Positions 30,136-42,086 of a stretch of 64,000 nt of DNA are shown here, piece by piece (position 1 is the stretch's first letter; each line of letters starts with the position of its first letter). The DNA lies in assembly GCA_963663195.1 (NCBI GenBank), contig OY760136.1:4286300-4350299 (forward strand), written 5' to 3'. A program made the position numbers and the translations under genes. The notes below the pieces were generated by a model. That model saw only the letters and a list, made by a program, of their open reading frames with translations, did not search any database and was not told where the DNA came from. The stretch is from Vicinamibacterales bacterium. Its GTDB lineage: Bacteria > Acidobacteriota > Vicinamibacteria > Vicinamibacterales > UBA8438.

Positions 30136-31290
30136 ATGCATTTCGGCAGCAGGCGCATCACCACGGTAGTCTCGGCGGCGGCAATCCTCGCCTGCGCCAC
30201 CTTCCTGGCCGGCTGCGACCCCGCGACGGTCATACGCTGCAGCCTGACAGCGCTCCTCGAGTCCGCGGAGGCGGACTCCCAACCGGCCGACACGCGGACG
30301 GTGACCGCGACGGTCGAGACCGAGCCCGTCGACGACCCCTGCGACGCGGCGGACGATCCGGCCATCTGGCTGAATGAGGAAGACCCTGCGGCCAGCCTGA
30401 TCGTCGCCACCAACAAGGTTCGCGGGTTGCTCGTCTATGCCCTCGACGGCAGCGTAGTTTCGCGGCTCGATTCCGGCCGCATCAACAACGTCGACCTCCG
30501 CGGCGGCATCCGCGTCGGGGGCGCGGAAACCATCGTCGTCGCGGGCACCAACCGCACCACGATGACGCTCGACATCCTGGCGCTGGACCCCGCAAGCGGT
30601 GAGCTGTCGCCCCTGGGCGACCCCATCGATCCGGAGTTCGCGGACGAACCGTACGGCCTCTGCCTCTACCACAGCGCGGCAAGCGGCGACCTGTACGTCT
30701 TCGCCAACGCCCAGGACGGCGCCGTGGGACAGTGGCGTCTCGACGACAACGGCCGCGGCGGCCTGACCGGCGCGCCCGTCCGCAGTTGGATGCTCGCGAG
30801 CCAGCCGGAAGGCTGCGTCGCGGACGACGCCAACGGCTGGCTGTTCATCGGCGAGGAGGAGGCCGCCATCTGGCGCTTCGACGCCGAACCGACCGCCTCC
30901 ACGGATCGTCCGACCGTGGTCGACCGGACGACCCTGGGCGAACCCGGCGGCGGGCGCCTGGCGGCCGACGTCGAGGGTCTGGCGCTCTACGCTCCGCCCG
31001 GCGGCGGCGCGCGCGACGGTTTCCTCGTCGCGTCCAGCCAGGGCAACCATACCTACGTCGTGTACGACCGCGCCCCTCCGCACGCCTACCGCGGCACGTT
31101 CCGCATCGCCGGAGAGGGCGCCATCGACGGCACGGAGGAGACGGACGGCATCGACCTGGTTGCCGCACCGGTCGGCCCCGACTACCCTGCCGGCCTGCTG
31201 GTGGTGCAGGACGGGTTCAACTACGACCCGGAGGGGTCCCGAATCAACCAGAACTTCAAGCTCGTCTCCTGGGACGACGTTATTTTCTGA
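30136..31290 (+). CDS. beta-propeller phytase (3-phytase) lipoprotein
   Basis: GAAGGAGG lies upstream of the ATG. The lipobox is ATFLAGC. The BPP signature is DDPAIWLNEEDPAASLIVATNKVRGLLVYALDGS. Confidence 0.8.
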   Translation: MHFGSRRITTVVSAAAILACATFLAGCDPATVIRCSLTALLESAEADSQPADTRTVTATVETEPVDDPCDAADDPAIWLNEEDPAASLIVATNKVRGLLVYALDGSVVSRLDSGRINNVDLRGGIRVGGAETIVVAGTNRTTMTLDILALDPASGELSPLGDPIDPEFADEPYGLCLYHSAASGDLYVFANAQDGAVGQWRLDDNGRGGLTGAPVRSWMLASQPEGCVADDANGWLFIGEEEAAIWRFDAEPTASTDRPTVVDRTTLGEPGGGRLAADVEGLALYAPPGGGARDGFLVASSQGNHTYVVYDRAPPHAYRGTFRIAGEGAIDGTEETDGIDLVAAPVGPDYPAGLLVVQDGFNYDPEGSRINQNFKLVSWDDVIF

Positions 31291-31412
31291 CCGCCCGGGT
31301 TTTGCTTGCCCCGGACTACTGCGCGGCATTATTCTCGTCAGTTGGTACGCTCCAGTGGTACCTGCCTGTACCGTGGCGGAGCGTCGCCTGAACTGATTGA
31401 AGGAGGAGATGC

Positions 31413-34409
31413 ATGCTCGCACGCGTCGGAATTGTCGGCGTCGGTCTGATTATCTGCCTGCTGCTGCTGCCGTCGGCGGCAAGCGCCCAGGCCATCGGTG
31501 GTACGGTGACGGACGAGACGGGCGGCGTGCTGCCCGGCGTCACCATTGAAGTGCGCAGTCCGGCCCTGATCGAGCAGGTCCGCACCGCCATCTCGGATGG
31601 GTCCGGTCAGTACCTCATCACGGGGCTCGTGTCCGGCGATTACTCGGTCTCCTTTGGCCTGGCCGGATTCTCCACGGTCTTGCGCGAAGGAATCGTCCTG
31701 AGCGCCGGCTTCCAGGCCGACGTCGACGCACAACTGGCGGTCGGCTCGGTCGAGGAGACGATCACCGTCACCGGCGCGGCGCCGACGGTCGACGTTTCCA
31801 CCGTCCAGCAGAACACCGCTATCGATCGCGACATCATCGACACCATCCCGAGCGGCAAGTCGTTCCAGAACCTGGGGATCCTGATTCCCGGCATGGTCGG
31901 TGACGGCGTGGTCGGCTCGACGCTGGCGGTGGACGTCGGCGGACAGGGCGGCGTCAACTACCAGCGGCTGGCGATCCACGGCGGCGAGAGCCAGGACCAG
32001 ATGGTGCAGATCGACGGCATGGGCGTGGAAGCGGTCACCCGTGACGGCGACTCGTCGAACATGTTCTTCGCCGACGGCAACTACGCCGAGTATTCGATCG
32101 ACTACTCGGGCAACTCCGCCGAGATCGAGTCGAGCGGCGTGCGCATCAACATGATCCCGCGCGACGGCGGCAACGACTGGGCCGGCCAGTTCTTCACCAG
32201 CTTCTCGGCGCCCGACCTGCAGTCCAACAACGTGAGCGACGAGCTCGTCGGACGTGGCATAGGCAAGGACGAGGCGAACCGCCTCAGCAAGCTGTGGTTC
32301 GTCAACCCGGCGTTCGGCGGCCCGATCGTCCGCGACCGCCTCTGGTTCTGGGCCAGCCACACGTCGCAGCGGACCGACCAGTACGTCGCCAACGTGTTCT
32401 TCGACGCGAACCCGAGCGACCTGATGTACACGCCGACCGATGAGCAGGCAATCGACGACCAGCTCGCGCAGTCGACCACCGTCCGCCTGACGGCCCAGGC
32501 GACGCCGCGCAACAAGCTGACCTTCTTCTACGACAACAACTACAACAAGCGGAACCGCTTCCTGATCGGCAGCACGTTGTCGAGCACGCTCAACGTGATG
32601 CCGGAGGCGGCGGTCGACTCCACCATCAAGGTGCAGGCATACCAGGGCACGTGGACGGCGCCGATTACCAACCGCCTCCTGATCCAGGCCGGCGTGTCGC
32701 TGCACCCGCAGCACCAGAACTGGAAGAACACGCCCGACGCGGACATTTCGCTGCCGGGCGCGCTGCTGATCCCCGGCAACCGCGCCATCCGCGGCATGTC
32801 GAGCTGGTTCAGCGGCACGATCTTCCAGGATCGCTACGCCGACACCAACGCGGCGCGCGCGTCGCTCTCCTACGTCACGGGCAGCCACGCGTTCAAGTTC
32901 GGCATGAACCTGACCAGCGTCGCGGAGAACCAATTTACCGAGAGCGTCCAGTACCAGCGGATCATCTCGCTCGCGCGGTTCATCTCCCCGGTCGACCTGG
33001 TCGATTTCTACGCGACGCCCGCCCTGGAAGAGAACAACGTTCCGGCCAACCTCGGCCTGTACGCGCAGGACCAGTGGACCATCGACCGCCTGACGCTCAA
33101 CCTGGGGGTCCGTTGGGATTACTTCAACGCCGCCTATCCCGACCACGAGACCGGCACGTCGCTGTACCGCCCGACGTCATTCAGCTTCGAGGGCCAGCAG
33201 GTGGTCGGATTCAAGGACATCCAGCCGCGCCTCGGCATGGCCTACGACCTGTTCGGCGACGGGCGCACCGCGCTCAAGGCGTCGTTCGGGCGCTACGCGG
33301 ATCGGGATTCCAACACGCGCTCCGCGGACATCAACCCGGCGGCCTCCAACATCGACCAGCAGCGGGCATTCCTGGACTTCAATCAGAATGGTCTGGCCGA
33401 CTGCGACCCGCTCAACGCGGCGCCCAACGGCGAGTGCTTCACGCCGTCCGACAACCTTGCGTTCGGGCTGCCGGTGATCAGCACCTTCTACGACCAGGAC
33501 TGGGCGTTCGGGTGGGGCACGCGTCACGCCAACTACGAGTCGTCCGTCAGCGTGCAGCACGAGCTGATCGACGGCCTGTCGATTGACGTCGGCTGGTTCC
33601 ACCGTTCATTCGTGAACTTCGAGGTCGTGGACAACCGCGCCGTAAGTCGGGACGACTACAGCACGTTCTCCGTGGTGGTGCCAACCGATAACCGCATACC
33701 GGGCGGTGGCGGCAACACGCTTGCGGGGTTCTACGACATCAACCCCGACAAGCTGGGGCAGATCGACAACATCACCACCGGCGCCACCGCGTTCGGCGAC
33801 CGCTCGCGCTCCTACCGCGGGTTTGACGTCGCGCTCGATGCGCGGCTCGACAACCTGCTGCTCAGGGGCGGGGTCAGCACCGGCGAGACGAGCTTCGACA
33901 ACTGCGATCTCATCTCGAACCTGCCGGAGGCGCAGGAGGTGGGCATCTCGGAGTACGACGGCGACTACATCTCGACGCCGTACTGCAACTTCGGCTCGGG
34001 ATACCTCACCCAGGTCAAGCTCCTCGGCTCCTACACGTTCCCGTACGACATCGTGTTCGCCGGAACGCTGCAGAGCATCCCCGGCCCGGAGCGCGGCGCC
34101 ATCGTGACCTACTCCAGCGCCGACGTCGCCGCCTCGCTGGGGCGGCCGTTGTCGGGGGGCGGCACCATCGACATCAATATCGTCGAGCCGGGCTCGGAGT
34201 ACGGCGACCGCCTGAACCAGGTCGACCTCCGGTTGTCGAAGGTGTTCAACTTCAGCGGGTCGCGTTTCCAGATCATGTTCGACGTGTACAACCTGCTGAA
34301 CGAGAACTCCGTCACCGAGGAAGACCTGAATTACGGGCCGGCTTACCTGTCGCCGATCGCCATCATGCCGGGGCGGCTGGCGAAGTTCGCGTTCCAGTTC
34401 AACTTCTAG
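31413..34409 (+). CDS. TonB-dependent receptor with an N-terminal carboxypeptidase-regulatory-like domain
   Basis: Signal peptide ...LPSAASAQA. The CarboxypepD_reg-like region is [20 protein letters not shown]...[16 protein letters not shown]. It has a long beta-barrel and the terminal sequence FAFQFNF. Confidence 0.9.
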   Translation: MLARVGIVGVGLIICLLLLPSAASAQAIGGTVTDETGGVLPGVTIEVRSPALIEQVRTAISDGSGQYLITGLVSGDYSVSFGLAGFSTVLREGIVLSAGFQADVDAQLAVGSVEETITVTGAAPTVDVSTVQQNTAIDRDIIDTIPSGKSFQNLGILIPGMVGDGVVGSTLAVDVGGQGGVNYQRLAIHGGESQDQMVQIDGMGVEAVTRDGDSSNMFFADGNYAEYSIDYSGNSAEIESSGVRINMIPRDGGNDWAGQFFTSFSAPDLQSNNVSDELVGRGIGKDEANRLSKLWFVNPAFGGPIVRDRLWFWASHTSQRTDQYVANVFFDANPSDLMYTPTDEQAIDDQLAQSTTVRLTAQATPRNKLTFFYDNNYNKRNRFLIGSTLSSTLNVMPEAAVDSTIKVQAYQGTWTAPITNRLLIQAGVSLHPQHQNWKNTPDADISLPGALLIPGNRAIRGMSSWFSGTIFQDRYADTNAARASLSYVTGSHAFKFGMNLTSVAENQFTESVQYQRIISLARFISPVDLVDFYATPALEENNVPANLGLYAQDQWTIDRLTLNLGVRWDYFNAAYPDHETGTSLYRPTSFSFEGQQVVGFKDIQPRLGMAYDLFGDGRTALKASFGRYADRDSNTRSADINPAASNIDQQRAFLDFNQNGLADCDPLNAAPNGECFTPSDNLAFGLPVISTFYDQDWAFGWGTRHANYESSVSVQHELIDGLSIDVGWFHRSFVNFEVVDNRAVSRDDYSTFSVVVPTDNRIPGGGGNTLAGFYDINPDKLGQIDNITTGATAFGDRSRSYRGFDVALDARLDNLLLRGGVSTGETSFDNCDLISNLPEAQEVGISEYDGDYISTPYCNFGSGYLTQVKLLGSYTFPYDIVFAGTLQSIPGPERGAIVTYSSADVAASLGRPLSGGGTIDINIVEPGSEYGDRLNQVDLRLSKVFNFSGSRFQIMFDVYNLLNENSVTEEDLNYGPAYLSPIAIMPGRLAKFAFQFNF

Positions 34410-34446
34410 GAGCGCGCGGGGTTACTTCCCGCATAGGCCACTTGAA

Positions 34447-34480
34447 GGCCGGAGCCCGACCGGGGCTCCGGCCTTTTTCT
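34447..34480 (+). terminator. rho-independent terminator after the TonB-dependent receptor
   Basis: GGCCGGAGCCC-GACCG-GGGCTCCGGCC is an 11-bp perfect stem, followed by TTTTTCTT. Confidence 0.7.
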
Positions 34481-34590
34481 TGCCCGGGGCAAAGCTTCCA
34501 GCGGCAGCGTCGCGCGAAGTCCGCCGCTCTACGCCCCGGTGCGTATGCTATTTTTCTGGGTTGTTCGTTTCACAATCCGGGAGTGTGACC

Positions 34591-36534
34591 GTGTCGGACA
34601 GAGCCAGGAAAACCACCCGCAAGTTTCAGACCGAAGCGCGTCAACTGCTGCAGTTGATGATCCACTCCTTGTACTCGAACAAGGAGATCTTTCTGCGCGA
34701 GCTGATCTCGAACGCCTCGGACGCCTGCGACAAGCTGCGCTTCGAGGCGCTCACCGAGCCGGCCCTTCTCGCCGAGGAAGCGGACTTCGCGATTCAGGTG
34801 CGGTTCGACGCCACGGCCCGCACCATCACGGTGACCGACAACGGCGTCGGCATGTCGCGCCAGGAAGTGATCGACAACATCGGCACGATTGCCCGCTCCG
34901 GCACGCAGGAGTTCCTGGCGCAGCTGACCGGGGACCAGGCCAGGGACGCGCAGCTCATCGGCCAGTTCGGCGTCGGGTTCTACTCTTCGTTCATCGTCGC
35001 CGACCGGGTGACGCTCACCACGCGACGGGCCGGACATGCGGAGGACGACGGCGTCCGCTGGGAGAGCACCGGCGAGGGCAGCTACACCCTGGAGGCGATC
35101 TCCCGCGGGGAACGCGGCACCGAAGTGACGCTTCATCTGCGCGACGGCGAGGACGAGCTGCTCGATGCCGGAGGGTTGCGGACCATCCTGCGGAAATACT
35201 CCGACCACATCTCCATCCCGATCGTGATGGAGAAGGAGGCGGTGCCCGGCAAGCAGGCGGACACCGGCGAAATCGACAAGACCGAGCAGGTCAACCGCGC
35301 GGCGGCGCTCTGGACACGTCCCAGGTCCGAGATCAAGGCCGAGCAGTACGACGAATTCTACAAGCACGTCGCGCATGACTTCGAGGCGCCGCTGGCGCAT
35401 CTCCACGCGCGGATCGAGGGCCGCCAGGATTTCACGCTGCTGCTGTACATCCCGCGCCGCGCGCCGTTCGACATCTGGGACCGCCAGCGCCGCCACGGCA
35501 TCAAGCTGTACGTCCGGCGCGTGTTCATCATGGAGAACGCGGAGGAGATCATGCCGGCCTGGCTGCGGTTCGTGCGCGGCGTGATCGACTCGAACGACCT
35601 GCCGCTGAACGTCTCGCGGGAGATCCTGCAGCACTCCCGGGACGTCGACGCCATTCGGGCGGCCGCGGTCAAGCGCGTGCTCGGGCGGCTCGACGAGCTG
35701 GCGGACAAGCAGCCCGAGCAATACGCCACGTTCTGGGAGGAGTTCGGGCGGGTCGTCAAGGAAGGCATCAGCGAGGATCCCGCGAACAGGGACCGCATCG
35801 CCAGGCTGCTGCGCTTCACTTCGACCCGCGCGGAGACCGGCGGTCAGACCGTGTCGCTCGCGGACTACGTGGCGCGCATGTCCGAGGGACAGGAGGCGAT
35901 CTACTACATCACCGCCGACAGCCTCGCCGCCGCGCGCAACAGCCCGCACCTGGAGATCTTCCGCAAGAAGGGGATCGAGGTGCTGCTGCTCCACGACCGC
36001 ATCGATGAGTGGGTCGCGGCGCATCTCACCGAATTCGACGGCAAGCCGCTGCAATCCGTCGCCAAGGGCGACCTCGACCTCGGCAAGCTCGCCGACAGCG
36101 AGTCGGACGCCGAGCAGAAGGACAAGCTCGCGGACGACTTCAAGCCGGTTCTGGAGCGGATCCGGAAGGCGCTCGAAGGACGGGCCAACGAAGTCCGAAT
36201 CACCTACCGGCTGACCGAGTCGCCGGCCTGTCTGGTCGGCGACAAGGACGGGATAAGCGCCAACCTCGAGCGCATGCTGCGGGCCGCCGGCCAGGACGTG
36301 CCGAACGTGCCGCTGGCGCTCGAGATCAACCCGACGCACCCCATCGTCGAACGCCTCAAGGCGGAAACCGACGAGACCCGCTTCGCGGACTGGAGCCGCA
36401 TCCTGTTCGACCAGGCGCTGCTCGCGGAGGGGGGCAAGCTCGACGATCCCGCGGCCTTCGTCAAGCGGCTGAACGCGCTGATGCTGGCGCTGTCCGGTGA
36501 GCCGGCGGCGCGAATTTGGACGCCTGGCGGGTGA
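34591..36534 (+). CDS. htpG: molecular chaperone HtpG (Hsp90)
   Basis: [39 protein letters not shown]. The start was set to GTG 34591, with GGGAG 7 nt upstream. Confidence 0.95.
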   Translation: MSDRARKTTRKFQTEARQLLQLMIHSLYSNKEIFLRELISNASDACDKLRFEALTEPALLAEEADFAIQVRFDATARTITVTDNGVGMSRQEVIDNIGTIARSGTQEFLAQLTGDQARDAQLIGQFGVGFYSSFIVADRVTLTTRRAGHAEDDGVRWESTGEGSYTLEAISRGERGTEVTLHLRDGEDELLDAGGLRTILRKYSDHISIPIVMEKEAVPGKQADTGEIDKTEQVNRAAALWTRPRSEIKAEQYDEFYKHVAHDFEAPLAHLHARIEGRQDFTLLLYIPRRAPFDIWDRQRRHGIKLYVRRVFIMENAEEIMPAWLRFVRGVIDSNDLPLNVSREILQHSRDVDAIRAAAVKRVLGRLDELADKQPEQYATFWEEFGRVVKEGISEDPANRDRIARLLRFTSTRAETGGQTVSLADYVARMSEGQEAIYYITADSLAAARNSPHLEIFRKKGIEVLLLHDRIDEWVAAHLTEFDGKPLQSVAKGDLDLGKLADSESDAEQKDKLADDFKPVLERIRKALEGRANEVRITYRLTESPACLVGDKDGISANLERMLRAAGQDVPNVPLALEINPTHPIVERLKAETDETRFADWSRILFDQALLAEGGKLDDPAAFVKRLNALMLALSGEPAARIWTPGG

Positions 36535-36562
36535 ACGCGCGGCCGCCAGGCTGCATGCGTTA

Positions 36563-36655
36563 CTTGGGGCTGTGCCCCAAACCCCCGGCAGGCGCTAGCG
36601 GGGACCCCGTTGCCCCGCGCCGCGACTGCCGGGCCGCGCTGTGCGCGGCCTGGGC
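36563..36655 (+). repeat. REP/MITE-like repeat, copy E
   Basis: CTTGGGGCTGTGCCCCAAACCCCCGGCAGGCGCTAGCGGGGACCCCGTTGCCCCGCGCCGCGACTGCCGGGCCGCGCTGTGCGCGGCCTGGGCAG. It lies 27 nt downstream of the htpG stop. Confidence 0.85.
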
Positions 36656-36741
36656 AGTCCTTGACAAGAGCCATCATTTCATCGACCGGCAGTGCGTCGC
36701 GCGCGATTGGCGCAGGACCGACCGGCCTAGGCGCTGGCGGG

Positions 36742-37038
36742 TTATTCGCGGATGGTTTCGATCTTGCGGTCGCGGTCGGTGGCGAAGCGGGCCAGGTCGC
36801 GGCGATAGTTTGCCTCCAGCTCCGCGCGGGCGGCCGGCTCCAGCGTCGTCGCCAGCGCCGACTGGAACAGGATGCGGCACTCGGCGGTGCGCGCTTCGCA
36901 GACGCGGCGGGCCTCCGCGATCGCCTCGCGCTGAGCCGCGGTCAGCTGCGCCGGTGCGACACCGGCGGCTTCATCCTGCCGCTCGAGCTTTTCCATCGCC
37001 AGCTCGAACGCGCTCTTCGGCGCACCGTCTGTCATCAT
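36742..37038 (-). CDS. hypothetical small helical protein
   Basis: 98-99 aa with strong GC3 bias in this frame. It starts MMTDGAPKSAFELAMEKLERQ. I recognise no family. Confidence 0.5.
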   Translation of the reverse strand: MMTDGAPKSAFELAMEKLERQDEAAGVAPAQLTAAQREAIAEARRVCEARTAECRILFQSALATTLEPAARAELEANYRRDLARFATDRDRKIETIRE

Positions 37039-37064
37039 CAATTAAATGGGGCTACGCTGCGTCG

Positions 37065-37205
37065 TTAGATGGGGCTGCGCCCCAAACCCCCGGCAGGCGC
37101 TAGCGGGGACCCCGTTGCCCCGCGCCGCGACTGCCGGGCCGCGCCGTGCGCGGCCTGGGGACGGCCGCGTCCATGCCTGCCGTCCTCGTCGTGCTTCACC
37201 GTCGT
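37065..37205 (+). repeat. REP/MITE-like repeat, copy F1 (full)
   Basis: TTAGATGGGGCTGCGCCCCAAACCCCCGGCAGGCGCTAGCGGGGACCCCGTTGCCCCGCGCCGCGACTGCCGGGCCGCGCCGTGCGCGGCCTGGGGAC...GCTTCACCG. Confidence 0.85.
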
Positions 37206-37223
37206 AGTTGTCTCGCTGCGTCT

Positions 37224-37265
37224 TTAGATGGGGCGGCGCCCCAATCCCTTGGCTAGACGGGGGTG
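37224..37265 (+). repeat. REP/MITE-like repeat, fragment F2 (degenerate 5' module)
   Basis: TTAGATGGGGCGGCGCCCCAATCCCTTGGCTAGACGGGGG aligns to the first ~40 nt of F1. It abuts the 3' end of tRNA-Val. Confidence 0.6.
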
Positions 37266-37280
37266 CCGGAGCGGTTGAAG

Positions 37281-37355
37281 TGGTGGGCGCTAGTGGATTC
37301 GAACCACTGACCCCCGCCGTGTGAAGGCGATGCTCTACCACTGAGCCAAGCGCCC
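37281..37355 (-). tRNA. tRNA-Val (anticodon CAC)
   Basis: The reverse complement folds as GGGCGCT-TG-GCTC-AGTGGTA-GAGC-A-TCGCC-TTCACAC-GGCGG-GGGTC-AGTGG-TTCGAAT-CCACT-AGCGCCC-A-CCA. Confidence 0.9.
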
Positions 37356-37411
37356 ACACCGACACGCCGCGAGTGTACCGCAAGTGCCCGCGCGCTGACC
37401 AGCGACCGCCC

Positions 37412-37948
37412 TCAACGCACGGTTTCGATAAGGGCGTTCAGCATCCGGACGTACCGATCGTCCGCATCCGCGGCGGCCTGCATGTAGTCGTCCTGGGACA
37501 TGTCCTGCGCCCCCCAGTCGCCGTTCAGCCGCAGCACGCTCGACCCGTCGTCGAACATGTCGACCGCGTCGTCCTGCGCGTGCAGACCATCGGCGCCGGC
37601 GTCGGTCACCAGCACCTTCGTGCCGGCGATGGAAGCGGCGTTCAGATCGATGTAGATGTCGCGAAACTGCCGGTTCTCGAGTTTCTGCTCGACGTAGAGC
37701 GGCACTTCGTAGCGGGCCGAGACAACCAGCAACTGGCCGGGGAACGCGAGAGCCGCGACGAACCGGTCCTCATCCTCTCCCGACGGCCCGGCCAATGCGT
37801 CCAGGTCCGCGCTGCTCATCAATTCGGCAAGCTGGGCGGCAAGCGGCGCGGATGCCGGCGCCTGGGCAGCGGCGGGGCTCCACATGAGCAGACAGGCGAA
37901 GACGGACACGCCCATCATGGACCAGCGGCACGGCAAGGCTCTCATCAT
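37412..37948 (-). CDS. hypothetical secreted acidic protein
   Basis: The ATG at 37948 is preceded by AAGGGG. The signal peptide is MMRALPCRWSMMGVSVFACLLMWSPAAAQA. I recognise no family. Confidence 0.55.
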   Translation of the reverse strand: MMRALPCRWSMMGVSVFACLLMWSPAAAQAPASAPLAAQLAELMSSADLDALAGPSGEDEDRFVAALAFPGQLLVVSARYEVPLYVEQKLENRQFRDIYIDLNAASIAGTKVLVTDAGADGLHAQDDAVDMFDDGSSVLRLNGDWGAQDMSQDDYMQAAADADDRYVRMLNALIETVR

Positions 37949-38050
37949 GGCGTTCCCCTTCGACAAAGGTGTGAGGAGGTAAACACATACCACCCTTGCC
38001 CCGCACGGTCAACGTGCTGACCACGGGATCCCCACGTGTGGAACACGAAA

Positions 38051-38241
38051 GGGGACGACAACGCGACCGCGTCCGTCCCCAAGCCGCACACGGCGCCGCA
38101 ACAGCGGTGAAGCAAGGAAGGGGACGGCGAGCACTGGAGCAGTCGTCCCCAGGCCGCGCACAGCGCGGCCCGGCGGTGCGGCGCGGGGCGACGGGGTCCC
38201 CGCTAGCAGCCGCCGGGGGTTTGGGGCGCAGCCCCAAGTTA
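38051..38241 (-). repeat. REP/MITE-like repeat, copy G (full copy plus an extra duplicated 3' module, inverted)
   Basis: The reverse complement reads TTAACTTGGGGCTGCGCCCCAAACCCCCGGCGGCTGCTAGCGGGGACCCCGTCGCCCCGCGCCGCACCGCCGGGCCGCGCTGTGCGCGGCCTGGGGAC...GTCCCC. A second GTGTGCGGCTTGGGGAC...GTCCCC module follows. Confidence 0.85.
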
Positions 38242-38664
38242 ACCAATGAAGAGCGCTTCCTGCTCGTCTTCCGCGGCCTGCTTGGCAGACGCGTCGCGCG
38301 GGTTGGTGCGCAATGCCTCCAGAGCGGCGCGCAACGCCTGGATCAGCGCTGCGCTGCGCCGGACCGGTTCGAATACCGCGTCCTGCCCCAATGACATCAA
38401 CTGATCGGCGCGCACGGCGAAGCGCGCGAACAGCTGGTCGGCCCGTTCGATCTGCGCAACGGCGAGCGACGTCGCGCGTGTAATGTCGCCGCTCACGGCG
38501 TTGACGCGGTCGATGACCGGCTGGATGTCCTTCTCCACCCGGTCGGCAAGTTGATCCACCCGCCGCATGACGCGCATGCCGTACCAGAGCGTGGCGACCT
38601 GCGTCACGGCGGTCGTGAGCACGGCAACCGCAATCACTCCCATGAACAGCGTCGGCAGCTCCAT
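38239..38664 (-). CDS. membrane-anchored coiled-coil protein (DUF948-like)
   Basis: It has an N-terminal TM helix, LFMGVIAVAVLTTAVTQVATLWY, followed by helical repeats. Its TAA stop coincides with the first bases of repeat copy G. Confidence 0.6.
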   Translation of the reverse strand: MELPTLFMGVIAVAVLTTAVTQVATLWYGMRVMRRVDQLADRVEKDIQPVIDRVNAVSGDITRATSLAVAQIERADQLFARFAVRADQLMSLGQDAVFEPVRRSAALIQALRAALEALRTNPRDASAKQAAEDEQEALFIG

Positions 38665-38957
38665 TACCCTTGATCCTCGGCCGGTTTGGCGTTCCCCTCG
38701 TTGGTCTGCTTGTACACTTCGACGCCGCGGTCGACGGCTTCCGTCAGGTGCTCTCGCTGGCGGCGCACGAACTCTCGCCCCTGCTTGGCCGCCTCGTCGA
38801 CCTTTTCGCGTCCTTCACGCGCCTTCTTGCCCAGTACGTCGCGCGTTTCCTCGCCGGTGGCCGGCGCCGCCAACAGGGCCGTCACGGCACCCGCAACCGC
38901 GCCCAGCAGGAACGCCGCCACTACAATGCCCGCGTGCCCATCACTTTCCTTCGACAT
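38664..38957 (-). CDS. YtxH-domain protein
   Basis: AAGGAG lies upstream of the ATG. The sequence reads GIVVAAFLLGAVAGAVTALLAAPATGEETRDVLGKKAREGREKV. The stop overlaps the next ATG (TAATG). Confidence 0.7.
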   Translation of the reverse strand: MSKESDGHAGIVVAAFLLGAVAGAVTALLAAPATGEETRDVLGKKAREGREKVDEAAKQGREFVRRQREHLTEAVDRGVEVYKQTNEGNAKPAEDQG

Positions 38958-39025
38958 GAGATTCTCCTTACCGCTTTCTCCACAGCCTGTCGGGCGCGCT
39001 ACCGAGTAGCGCCCTCACCATCTTC

Positions 39026-41083
<2,058 letters not shown>

Positions 41084-41095
41084 GTACGGCGGGGA

Positions 41096-42028
41096 CTACT
41101 GCTGCGGACCGGGCTCGAGATACGGCGCGAAGTACCCCTTCCGGGCCCGCACGCGCAGGCGCCTGTGCTCGGCGGGTGGGTTCGGCAGCTTCACCTCGAT
41201 CTCGCGCCACGAACCGTCCGTGCGGGGATTCTCCGAAACGTAGCCGAGCGAGTAGCGGGCGTCGAGCTCGGCCGCAATCTGCTCGTAGATTTCGTCGAGG
41301 TCCTCTACGCGGTCCGGAAAATAACTGCGCCCGCCGGTCATGTCCGCGAGCTGCTGAAGCCGCATGCGCTCAATCGGCCGCAGGCTGCTGGGCAGCTGCT
41401 TCTGAAAGCCGATCGCATAGATCGTGACGTCGGACGCCCGCACGAAATCGACGACATCGTCGCGGGTGGTCCGGCTGCGCGTGTCGGCGCCGTCGGTGTA
41501 CAGCAGCAGCACCTTGCGGCCGTCCTGGGCGAACGCGCCGTCCAGGTAGACGCCCAGCGCGTCGTACAGGGCCGTGTCGCCGGTGGTCCGGCTGGACCGG
41601 ATCCGCTCGACGAGGCGCGGGAAATCACCCCGCTCGTAGCGCCCGACGCGCACCTCCGTGTCGAAATCGACCACGGTCATGTCCTCCGCATAGGTGAGCG
41701 TGTTGAGAAACTTGATCGCGGCGGTCTTTGCGAAGCGGGCGTCCCGCTCCATGCTGGCGCTGGTGTCGAACAGCACACCGAGATGGGTCGGCACGGTTTC
41801 GGCGTCGTCCGCCAGGCCGCGGGCGAAGTAGCGGATCTCCTGCAACTCGCCGTCCTCGTACACCTCGAAATCGTCGCGCGTGAACACCGTCAGCGGCGTT
41901 CCGTCGCGGCCCACGACGGTGACGCCAAGCTGTACCAGTTCGATGCCGCTGGTGAACAGCGGCTGCTGCGCGTGCGCGCCGACACCGGCAAGCAGCGCCA
42001 AGACGGCAATTCGCAGACAGAACCGCAT
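41096..42028 (-). CDS. VWA-domain protein of the Acidobacteria-associated type (TIGR03436-like, from memory)
   Basis: Signal peptide MRFCLRIAVLALLAGVGAHAQQ, then IELVQLGVTVVGRDGTPLTVFTRDDFEVYEDGELQEI. The MIDAS-like motif is VLFDTSASM. Confidence 0.8.
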   Translation of the reverse strand: MRFCLRIAVLALLAGVGAHAQQPLFTSGIELVQLGVTVVGRDGTPLTVFTRDDFEVYEDGELQEIRYFARGLADDAETVPTHLGVLFDTSASMERDARFAKTAAIKFLNTLTYAEDMTVVDFDTEVRVGRYERGDFPRLVERIRSSRTTGDTALYDALGVYLDGAFAQDGRKVLLLYTDGADTRSRTTRDDVVDFVRASDVTIYAIGFQKQLPSSLRPIERMRLQQLADMTGGRSYFPDRVEDLDEIYEQIAAELDARYSLGYVSENPRTDGSWREIEVKLPNPPAEHRRLRVRARKGYFAPYLEPGPQQ

Positions 42029-42069
42029 GCGCGCAATGGTAGCAGCCCGCCGCGGATCCGGCGACACCG

Positions 42070-42075
42070 TATAAT
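42070..42075 (+). promoter_or_regulatory. perfect TATAAT hexamer 12 nt upstream of the DHH gene ATG (candidate -10, short or no leader)
   Basis: TATAAT is rare in this GC-rich context. I found no convincing -35 element or TG extension. Confidence 0.25.
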
Positions 42076-42086
42076 CAGAGTTTCTT

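Noticed and set aside
34441-34590. Possible sigma32 heat-shock promoter upstream of htpG (CTTGAAG at 34441; GCGAAG-13 nt-GCCCCGGTG near 34515-34545).
   Set aside because: CTTGAAG is part of or abuts the upstream terminator and has no CCCCAT-like -10. The second candidate matches the consensus too weakly.
37255-37283. GGGGGTGCCGGAGCGGTTGAAGTGG looks like the acceptor/D-arm of a class II tRNA (Ser/Leu/Tyr) fragment next to tRNA-Val.
   Set aside because: It aligns better as the degenerate continuation of repeat fragment F2 (CTAGACGGGGGTGCC versus CTAGCGGGGACCCC). No anticodon or T-arm follows on that strand.
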